18,619 nt of DNA from a virus, in IMG/VR virus record IMGVR_UViG_3300045988_026978, one strand, 5' to 3'. Positions 13,141 to 18,619 of the stretch are shown piece by piece. The first letter of the stretch is position 1, and each line of letters opens with the position of its first letter. The notes beneath the pieces are model-generated. The model was not told where the DNA came from. It saw only the letters and a program-made list of their open reading frames with translations, and did not search any database. The translations under genes and the position numbers were made by a program.

Positions 13141-14584
13141 TGACCATTGTTCCGTAATCATCCACAACCTGCGCGCCATGCCGGAATTGCTCGTACGGAA
13201 TAGGGTGCGAAAACATATTTCCGGCCATACATACGTCAACCTCGCCATCATCCCGCCACCCCTGATACCGGTTCATGCCGAGTATGGTCAATTTTTCGTA
13301 CCGTGCGGCGATCTTCCATTTGCCAAGTTCGGTCGGGTGAATGTCACATGATTTCACCGGCTCCCAACCGCTCAAAATACACCCGTCCGTGTTCGCATAC
13401 AGTAGCCGATCTGAGTTTGCATGGCATACGGTCATAAGCTTGCGACGCGCGTAGGCGTTGACCCATACGGGTACGGGGAGAAAGTCGGTTTTCAAATTCG
13501 ATTCTTCACGTTGTGCCACATCCCAGTCCAATGTTATGCCGTCTTTGGAGGTAGGGAGCATGACGACACCCTTGGGTAGACTCGCCATTTTCCCCACGAG
13601 AGCATTCATGATCAGTTTCGCCATCTGCCGTTTTTCGCCCGTCGCCTTCTGTTTCAGTTCCCCCCATTCATCCACGAACGAGCGGAAAAAGCCTTTGGAG
13701 CGGCGGAATTTCCAGCCGCGCACATACTTGTATACGCTCACTTCATAATTGTCATACAGTAGTTGTTGGTCAATGTCGGTTAATACGCGCGTAATGTAGC
13801 CACGGGTGGAAGTGAGCCTATTCAGTCCGTAGATACTGCGATTGTCGAGCAGAAAAGGGTATCCGTCCGGTTTGAGTTCCGCTCGAAATGTGAGTTCGTC
13901 ACAATGCAACGGCATATCGTTATCCTCTTCGTATTTGCCTTCATATTGTTCGGGTTCACCCCATGGGAGCCATTCATCCCGTAGTATGGACGGATACATG
14001 GAATTGCAGTCAACGTCGATAGCTTTGCCGTACATGCCTTCTTTGGCGGTCATGAATCCGCCGATATAGGCATCATGCAGTGACTTTTTAGTTTCGGATT
14101 CTAATTGTGGGAATTTGTCGTAATACCATTTCCACTCGCCGGACGCGAACGCTTCCATGCTTGCCCCGCCCGCCGTAATCTTACATAAGCCGTGGGTTTC
14201 ATATTCGCGCAGAATGTTAAGCAATTGGGCGTCGGTCATGGTAAGACGGCAGTTTTCACGTAAAAGATTCGATATGTCGAAAAAGCGTGCGGAATTTTCG
14301 CGGTCAATCCGCACGGTGAAGCTGAAAAATTTTCCCTTTTTCGAGATGATGGCGTCCCAGCTCAGGGTTGCGTTGTGCTCGTTATGGGGAAGGAAGTGCA
14401 CGACGTGCGCCATAAACGGGTCTAAAATATCGGGGTCAGTCACGTAGACGGTGAGTTTGCCGCACGACATGATGGACGCCAAAAGGCGATTAGGGGCGGT
14501 AATATCACGCAGCGCGGTACCGTCCGTAAAGCGTATGACGTTATCCGCACACCATAATCCCACCCTATTGTCTTGCACTGTCAT
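13133..14584 (-). CDS. Protein-primed family-B DNA polymerase, phi29 gp2-like, 483 aa
   Basis: YIGGF (YxGG), VDCNSMYP (motif A), KLIMNALVGK (motif B-like) and YANTDG (motif C-like). LPWGEPEQYEGKY and MPLHCDELTFRAELKPDGYP align by eye with phi29 LPYGEPIVFEGKY and YPLHIQHIRCEFELKEGYIP. RBS AGGGAAG. Confidence 0.92.
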   Translation of the reverse strand: MTVQDNRVGLWCADNVIRFTDGTALRDITAPNRLLASIMSCGKLTVYVTDPDILDPFMAHVVHFLPHNEHNATLSWDAIISKKGKFFSFTVRIDRENSARFFDISNLLRENCRLTMTDAQLLNILREYETHGLCKITAGGASMEAFASGEWKWYYDKFPQLESETKKSLHDAYIGGFMTAKEGMYGKAIDVDCNSMYPSILRDEWLPWGEPEQYEGKYEEDNDMPLHCDELTFRAELKPDGYPFLLDNRSIYGLNRLTSTRGYITRVLTDIDQQLLYDNYEVSVYKYVRGWKFRRSKGFFRSFVDEWGELKQKATGEKRQMAKLIMNALVGKMASLPKGVVMLPTSKDGITLDWDVAQREESNLKTDFLPVPVWVNAYARRKLMTVCHANSDRLLYANTDGCILSGWEPVKSCDIHPTELGKWKIAARYEKLTILGMNRYQGWRDDGEVDVCMAGNMFSHPIPYEQFRHGAQVVDDYGTMVML

Positions 14585-14611
14585 AGTATAACTTCCCTTG
14601 TTTGCCGACCG

Positions 14612-15574
14612 CTACTTTTCCAGTGCGCCCACTTCCGCCAACCACCTGTCAAACTGCCGCCGTGAGCGCTGATACCCCTCGCTGTTATCTCGGAACACCG
14701 AAGTGAAACCGTGTCGGGCGGGGTCATATACCGTCCAATCGAACACGATACGTGGGGCGTCCGTCTGTTCGATAAACGCACGTTTTTGCGCGTCTGACAG
14801 TTGACGGAACCGCTTCAACCGTTTCGAGCCGAGCGTAGTTGCCAAAATTTTCTCAAACACTTCATAGCGTCCGCGACTCATATAGGACGGCCAATTATGA
14901 TCATCATACAAGTCTTGAGTCTGTTTACCTGTTCTCTGCTTTTTGGATGATTTGCGTTTCTGTTCCGTACGTAGCCCCAATATTTCGGCCACATCATGCA
15001 TCTGCTCACGCAGTTCGTTACGGTGTCCGCTCTCCAATTGACTTCGTATAAAAGCTTCATCACTCAGTACATTGATCATCTGCAAGAAATCCGTGAGTTT
15101 CGACGGGATGATTTGAGTGCGCCCAAAACCCTCGCCGGTAGTGCCTTCAATTTCTGCCACGCGCTGGTCATACACGCTTCGCTGGGGCATGGCCTGCACT
15201 TTGTTCCATTCATTGATCTTGCGTCGTGCCGCATTGATTTTCCGTTGCTGTTGCCTGAGCAGTTTGCGGCGTTTCGCCACGGGTTCCGCGTCTATTTGCG
15301 CGTTCGTGATGGGCGTGCGCTGGGCAAACATGTAGTCTTTTTTCGTCGGCTTTTCCACGGCGGTCGCATGATATGGGGTTGCCTTCGCTTCCGTAATGGC
15401 CTGTTTCTTCTGCCGCTCCCATTCCTTACCCAGCGTTTTTGCGATGTTGACTAATTGGCGGTCTGCGGTTTTGGCGAGATTCGAGCGGGAGTAGGAGCCG
15501 AGCTGTTTAATGTTACGGGCGGCACGGGCTTGCGCGGCCTGACGTGCCTTGACATGCTTTTGCTTCCGGGACAT
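14612..15574 (-). CDS. Terminal protein candidate (phi29 gp3 position), 320 aa, very basic
   Basis: Directly upstream of the polymerase gene in a genome with ITRs. K/R-rich, with helical-looking segments. I saw no direct similarity to phi29 TP, so the call rests on synteny and composition. Confidence 0.6.
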   Translation of the reverse strand: MSRKQKHVKARQAAQARAARNIKQLGSYSRSNLAKTADRQLVNIAKTLGKEWERQKKQAITEAKATPYHATAVEKPTKKDYMFAQRTPITNAQIDAEPVAKRRKLLRQQQRKINAARRKINEWNKVQAMPQRSVYDQRVAEIEGTTGEGFGRTQIIPSKLTDFLQMINVLSDEAFIRSQLESGHRNELREQMHDVAEILGLRTEQKRKSSKKQRTGKQTQDLYDDHNWPSYMSRGRYEVFEKILATTLGSKRLKRFRQLSDAQKRAFIEQTDAPRIVFDWTVYDPARHGFTSVFRDNSEGYQRSRRQFDRWLAEVGALEK

Positions 15575-15596
15575 ATGGCACAGTCCTTAAGATGGC

Positions 15597-15621
15597 GAGA
15601 GCACCCAAATTGGGTGCTCTC
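15597..15621 (-). other. Stem-loop in the SSB-TP intergenic region (5' UTR structure or weak terminator)
   Basis: GAGAGCACCCAAATTGGGTGCTCTC is a 25-nt palindrome with no U-tract on either strand. It lies downstream of the promoter-like TGCTATAAT and about 22 nt upstream of the TP start. Confidence 0.5.
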
Positions 15622-15643
15622 TATGAACGAACGCTACTTGAGT

Positions 15644-15652
15644 ATTATAGCA
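15644..15652 (-). promoter_or_regulatory. Extended -10 promoter TGCTATAAT (minus strand) upstream of the TP-polymerase genes
   Basis: Reverse complement of attatagca, 3 nt after the SSB TAA stop (15656..15658). Confidence 0.5.
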
Positions 15653-15655
15653 AGC

Positions 15656-16093
15656 TTACTTGGTTTCCTGATCATCCACCGGCTCGATGCTGAAAAACTT
15701 GAAGCCGCGACGGGAACGACGTTCCACCACCTTGATAGCCAGCGGTGCGTCCCAAGTGTTCGGGGTTCCGAAAATACCGAACATGGTGTTCAATCCTGCC
15801 GCCAAAGTGGGGGAGGTGGCCGCATACGCCTTATTATCGTCGGTCACGATAATGACGCGCACGGTATTGGAGATTTCACCGGTCTGATCATCCGTGACCT
15901 GTACGGCCTGTGCGACAGCGTTCACCATGTTCAGCGTTTCGTTGAGGTGTTCGTCGAGCTTTTCGGCGTTCTGCAATGCGCTGTAGAGCTTGATTTTACC
16001 CTCGCGGGTGGACGTGTCAATAAAGTGCTGGACAGTACCGAGTTCGGTGGATTCGGTATTGAATGCGACAAGTGCGGTGTTGGTGTTTTCCAT
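15656..16093 (-). CDS. Single-stranded DNA-binding protein, phi29 p5-like, 145 aa
   Basis: Starts MENTN like phi29 p5. AFNTESTELG, VIIVTDDNKAYAATS and IKVVERRSRRGFKFFSI align by eye with p5 (ATFDTETLEG, TIFAADGSLYSAIS, VKVVQGTSSKGNVFFSL). Same position relative to TP and polymerase as in phi29. Confidence 0.7.
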   Translation of the reverse strand: MENTNTALVAFNTESTELGTVQHFIDTSTREGKIKLYSALQNAEKLDEHLNETLNMVNAVAQAVQVTDDQTGEISNTVRVIIVTDDNKAYAATSPTLAAGLNTMFGIFGTPNTWDAPLAIKVVERRSRRGFKFFSIEPVDDQETK

Positions 16094-16150
16094 GATATTT
16101 ACCTTCCCTTATGGTTATTGTTTTTGTTTTCAGGCTTATGCCTAAAATCT

Positions 16151-16159
16151 TTTATATCA
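16151..16159 (-). promoter_or_regulatory. Extended -10-like TGATATAAA (minus strand) overlapping a stop codon
   Basis: Reverse complement of tttatatca. Its TGA is the stop codon of CDS 16157..16474. It lies upstream of the SSB gene and is followed by a small hairpin (TTTTAGGC/GCCTGAAAA). Confidence 0.4.
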
Positions 16160-16474
16160 CATGCCGTCATTATTTTCAATGTCGGCGTGTCGTTTGTTTG
16201 TATGTTCTTCGGGGTTCCATTCCTGAGGTTCTTCAAAAGTCGCATACTTGTAAAAAGTCTCCTCATTCATAGAAACTTTTTGTGAAAAAATGTTGATAGA
16301 ACGTGGAATGAAATTCGGAAACAGTTTTTTGGCACGAATCGAATACGCGCGTGTATCCTTCAAACGTCCGTCAATGACGTGCTCGGCTTCCATAAAATCG
16401 CCGTCAACCAATTCCATGCCTTTAAGGACGGCATAGACGCGGGTTCTGAAAATGTCGGTTTTGGTTCTAGCCAA
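16157..16474 (-). CDS. Possible p6-like double-stranded DNA-binding (histone-like) early protein, 105 aa, TTG start
   Basis: TTG start 5 nt after GGGAGG. Size, position just upstream of the SSB, basic N-terminus, VDGD block and acidic C-tail resemble phi29 p6 (104 aa). Sequence similarity is weak and judged from memory. Confidence 0.4.
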   Translation of the reverse strand: MARTKTDIFRTRVYAVLKGMELVDGDFMEAEHVIDGRLKDTRAYSIRAKKLFPNFIPRSINIFSQKVSMNEETFYKYATFEEPQEWNPEEHTNKRHADIENNDGM

Positions 16475-16476
16475 CT

Positions 16477-16995
16477 TTACCTCCCTTGTAGTAAGATTTT
16501 TTCTAATTCGGTATCATTATACCGTGTCGTGTCGAGTCTGTCAAAATTTTTAAACACGGCAATAATCAGATTTTGCGCTTGCGGATTATCGAAAATCGTA
16601 CAACAGTCATACGACGTAGCTCCCTTGACTGCACACACGGCACACCATGCAATAAGATTGGGCGGATTGATAGAACCGTCCAAATATTCCACATCATACG
16701 TGCGAGAGAGGGCGGCGGCGAGTCCGTCACCAATACACATGCTTCCGCAAATCTGAGACACCGTGATTACCGCTTGCGTAAACCACTCACTGGGCACTTC
16801 ACGCCACAATTCACACAACATGTTGACCGCCCTACAGCACGTTTCAAAATCGCCATAGCCCATGTCATAGCGTCTGAGATTCAATTCACGAGTATGCCCC
16901 CGCGTAGCCTTGACAATACGGGATGATTCCATAATCCCGTCATCAAAACGGCGCATACGATAAACCGGCGTACGGTCATCGCCACGGTTAAACAT
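16477..16995 (-). CDS. Hypothetical early protein, 172 aa, Cys-rich
   Basis: I place the start at the ATG at 16995 (MFNRGDDR...), preceded by AAGGTGGAAAGG. The track's longer 227-aa N-terminus (to 17160) looks non-protein-like, and that stretch is better explained by a 58-aa CDS in another frame. Confidence 0.7.
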   Translation of the reverse strand: MFNRGDDRTPVYRMRRFDDGIMESSRIVKATRGHTRELNLRRYDMGYGDFETCCRAVNMLCELWREVPSEWFTQAVITVSQICGSMCIGDGLAAALSRTYDVEYLDGSINPPNLIAWCAVCAVKGATSYDCCTIFDNPQAQNLIIAVFKNFDRLDTTRYNDTELEKILLQGR

Positions 16996-17164
16996 AGTAG
17001 CGCCTTTCCACCTTAAAATACGCGATATTGCGAGTATGCGAAGGCACTGCCGCCCACTTGCGCACCAACTCAGCCGCTTTATCATATGAGGTGGCATACC
17101 CCACTTCGATAGGCGGTTTATCGCCATGACGCAAGTACGCGAGTGCGACAAAAGTTTCATACAT
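16988..17164 (-). CDS. Small hypothetical early protein, 58 aa (below the ORF-track cutoff)
   Basis: My manual translation: MYETFVALAYLRHGDKPPIEVGYATSYDKAAELVRKWAAVPSHTRNIAYFKVERRYYV. GGAG lies 9 nt upstream of the ATG. Its TAA overlaps the next gene's start (ATGTTTAA). It fills an otherwise empty 170-nt stretch. Confidence 0.6.
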   Translation of the reverse strand: MYETFVALAYLRHGDKPPIEVGYATSYDKAAELVRKWAAVPSHTRNIAYFKVERRYYV

Positions 17165-17166
17165 GA

Positions 17167-17370
17167 CTAAAACTCCAATTCCTCAGTATCAGACTCGGCA
17201 CCATACCACCACATGTCAAACCACAGGTCGGTATTCGGGCATCGTTTCGGCGGCGTAAAAGCATCACCCTTACGTTTCACTCCCGCCCAAAACGCATGCA
17301 AACGCCAGTAACAATCAGCATAGGCACAGTCCTTGCAGACCCAAGAATGGAGCCAACCGACAAAATACAT
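17167..17370 (-). CDS. Hypothetical early protein, 67 aa, Trp/Cys-rich with acidic tail
   Basis: ATG start, tightly packed between neighbours. 7 Trp and 4 Cys (CxxC...C...C). RBS is weak. Confidence 0.6.
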   Translation of the reverse strand: MYFVGWLHSWVCKDCAYADCYWRLHAFWAGVKRKGDAFTPPKRCPNTDLWFDMWWYGAESDTEELEF

Positions 17371-17372
17371 AA

Positions 17373-17618
17373 CTAATCTCTATCCAACAGGGGAGTGCGG
17401 GCGATGTCGATAGCATCAACAAGCACATCCACCACTTGATCATAATCAGTAGCACCATAGGCCGCTAAGGCCACAGCCGAGCACAAACCGTCCGGCGAAT
17501 AAAACGCCACATCATACTTCAACCTATACGATTGACTATGAGAGCAATACCACAACTCCACATCACCACCCAAGTGCTGAGACGGAAACACAGCAACCTT
17601 CACATCACAGTAACGCAT
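17373..17618 (-). CDS. Hypothetical early protein, 81 aa
   Basis: I place the start at the ATG at 17618 (MRYCDVKV...), preceded by GAAAGG. The track's TTG start at 17687 overlaps the small membrane-protein CDS in another frame. Confidence 0.6.
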   Translation of the reverse strand: MRYCDVKVAVFPSQHLGGDVELWYCSHSQSYRLKYDVAFYSPDGLCSAVALAAYGATDYDQVVDVLVDAIDIARTPLLDRD

Positions 17619-17620
17619 AA

Positions 17621-17791
17621 TCAAAAACCTTTCACTATAAAAACCAATACAATAGCCACGCTCACAACAATCATAGCCAAAAAGCAAAGCACATCACGCG
17701 ACTCACGAGGTGCTTCACAAAACACCACCGCACATAATCCAATCAGCCATATAGCAAACGGGATAACAATAATACTCATACACACCATCAT
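17621..17791 (-). CDS. Small two-pass membrane protein, 56 aa (below the ORF-track cutoff)
   Basis: My manual translation: MMVCMSIIVIPFAIWLIGLCAVVFCEAPRESRDVLCFLAMIVVSVAIVLVFIVKGF. ATGA start/stop overlap with the upstream gene, and AAGGTGG lies upstream. Two hydrophobic helices flank a charged loop. Confidence 0.55.
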   Translation of the reverse strand: MMVCMSIIVIPFAIWLIGLCAVVFCEAPRESRDVLCFLAMIVVSVAIVLVFIVKGF

Positions 17792-18018
17792 ACCAACACC
17801 ACCTTCACCACGCCAACCATAGTGTTATCAAGGTCAAACGTAGCATTATCAATATCCACGTTTACATCCATACCAGCATACGCATGACGGATATGAGACA
17901 AAACGCCGTCCAACGAAGCCCTAAGAGTCGGTGCATAATACTTCCTACTCGGCTTCACATAGTCAGGCAAAATCTCAAACACCTGAAAAGTTTCATTAGT
18001 GATAATGAAATACCACAT
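17788..18018 (-). CDS. Hypothetical early protein, 76 aa
   Basis: I place the start at the ATG at 18018 (MWYFIITNE...), 8 nt after GAGGAG and 1 nt after the stop of the upstream gene. The longer 150-aa version overlaps the 118-aa gene by 220 nt. Confidence 0.6.
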   Translation of the reverse strand: MWYFIITNETFQVFEILPDYVKPSRKYYAPTLRASLDGVLSHIRHAYAGMDVNVDIDNATFDLDNTMVGVVKVVLV

Positions 18019-18019
18019 A

Positions 18020-18376
18020 TCAGTGCTCCTCACTAAGTTCAACCAACTCATACCTATCACCTTTGACCATATCAAACCGACCGAGCTTAAACCCATAGTC
18101 AGCGAGATAATCATTAGCGGAAGCCTCCCAATCAAGGCCACAGACAACCCCGCAAATACCAGTAACCCTCTCTGCATCAACATCATGATATAAATCGTAA
18201 TCATCGCCAACCCAAGGGTCAAAATACCAAGTATCATCACCAGTTTGTTGCCACATGCCTAAACCAGTAAGATTGTCAGCAAATATCAACGAAGTCCAGC
18301 CATCATCACCTCTAACAGCAACCAACTCGGCCGGTATTTCTTTATCGGTGTGAACGTCAACCCCTATTATGTTCAT
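18020..18376 (-). CDS. Hypothetical highly acidic immediate-early protein, 118 aa
   Basis: ATG at 18376 preceded by the ITR-borne GGGAAGGAAA RBS and promoter. By my count it has 26 D/E versus about 7 K/R. No recognisable domain. Confidence 0.75.
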   Translation of the reverse strand: MNIIGVDVHTDKEIPAELVAVRGDDGWTSLIFADNLTGLGMWQQTGDDTWYFDPWVGDDYDLYHDVDAERVTGICGVVCGLDWEASANDYLADYGFKLGRFDMVKGDRYELVELSEEH

Positions 18377-18381
18377 TTTTA

Positions 18382-18619
18382 TTTCCTTCCCTTGAAGTTG
18401 ATAACTATATCATAACACAAACAAACGGACGACACACCCAAAAACAAAACAAAGCAAAACACTAAAAGACAGTTGCCAACCGGTCGGTAAGCTACGGTTA
18501 CGTAACCGTAACTTAGCAATAATTAGACAACAAGAGTTAACCCAGTTAACCAATACCACAACGAAACCTGTTGCACATACAACCATTGACACAGTGTCAA
18601 TAAAAAAAATAAGCGACAC
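18382..18619. repeat. Right inverted terminal repeat (ITR), 238 bp
   Basis: Perfect reverse complement of 1..238 and ends at the last base of the window. The two 69-aa ORFs in the track (1..210 + and 18410..18619 -) are identical because of it. Confidence 0.97.
18404..18412 (-). promoter_or_regulatory. Extended -10 promoter TGATATAGT inside the right ITR, reading inward
   Basis: Mirror copy of 208..216, about 28 nt upstream of the ATG at 18376. Confidence 0.55.

Noticed and set aside
12824-13251. 100-aa and 84-aa minus-strand ORFs (12824..13126 and 12997..13251) covering the polymerase-scaffold spacer
   Set aside because: They overlap real genes or the terminator, lack RBSs, and have Arg/Trp/Cys-rich composition. 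The region is better explained as a promoter-terminator-bounded noncoding unit.
18186-18194. TGATATAAA on the plus strand (promoter-family motif pointing outward, antisense to the 118-aa gene)
   Set aside because: It lies inside a CDS, in the wrong orientation, with nothing downstream to express. One chance occurrence of such a motif is expected in a genome of this size. An antisense RNA cannot be excluded.
18019-18240. Hydrophobic, TM-like N-terminal half of the 150-aa ORF (17788..18240 -)
   Set aside because: It fully overlaps the 118-aa gene in another frame. A GAGGAG RBS precedes the internal ATG at 18018, right after that gene's stop. The hydrophobicity is likely a by-product of T-rich codons.
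17400-18380. Strong base skew (plus strand very G-poor, A/C-rich) and lower GC in the right-end early region
   Set aside because: It is consistent with coding-strand bias of AT-richer small early genes on the minus strand, and I could not tie it to a discrete element. It may be worth a quantitative GC-skew plot.
1-18619. Search for integrase, repressor, tRNA, CRISPR repeats, transposase or toxin-antitoxin pairs
   Set aside because: No ORF has recognisable motifs for these, and no regularly spaced direct repeats or cloverleaf-like segments were seen. The genome is tightly packed with phage replication, morphogenesis and lysis genes, consistent with a strictly lytic phage.

Overview
The window appears to be one complete linear genome (18,619 nt) of a small phi29-like, protein-primed podophage of a Gram-positive host. 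Perfect 238-bp inverted terminal repeats sit exactly at both window ends. Gene content and order match phi29, judged by eye against remembered phi29 proteins. On the minus strand, right to left: small early genes, a p6-like DNA-binding protein, a p5-like SSB, terminal protein, family-B DNA polymerase, scaffold, major capsid (C-terminal Ig-like domain), gp9-like tail knob, gp10-like portal, lower collar, a fibre/appendage module, a tail-associated peptidoglycan hydrolase, gp16-like packaging ATPase, holin and endolysin. Only one 81-aa gene at the left end is on the plus strand, so there is no early/late strand switch as in phi29. I saw no integrase, tRNA, CRISPR array or transposase. Most interesting observations: (i) a ~170-nt promoter-to-terminator noncoding unit between the polymerase and the late operon, proposed as a pRNA-like packaging RNA candidate; (ii) ITRs carrying palindromic operator-like sites plus a promoter/RBS that fires inward at both ends into two unrelated, very acidic proteins; (iii) a recurring extended -10 promoter family fused to stop codons and often followed by a hairpin; (iv) three consecutive tail genes sharing one N-terminal docking module, the largest carrying an SGNH esterase; (v) a compact DNA polymerase with apparently non-canonical exonuclease and polymerase motifs; (vi) two plausible small CDSs below the ORF-track size cutoff. 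All functional calls rest on motif recognition and synteny, not on database searches.
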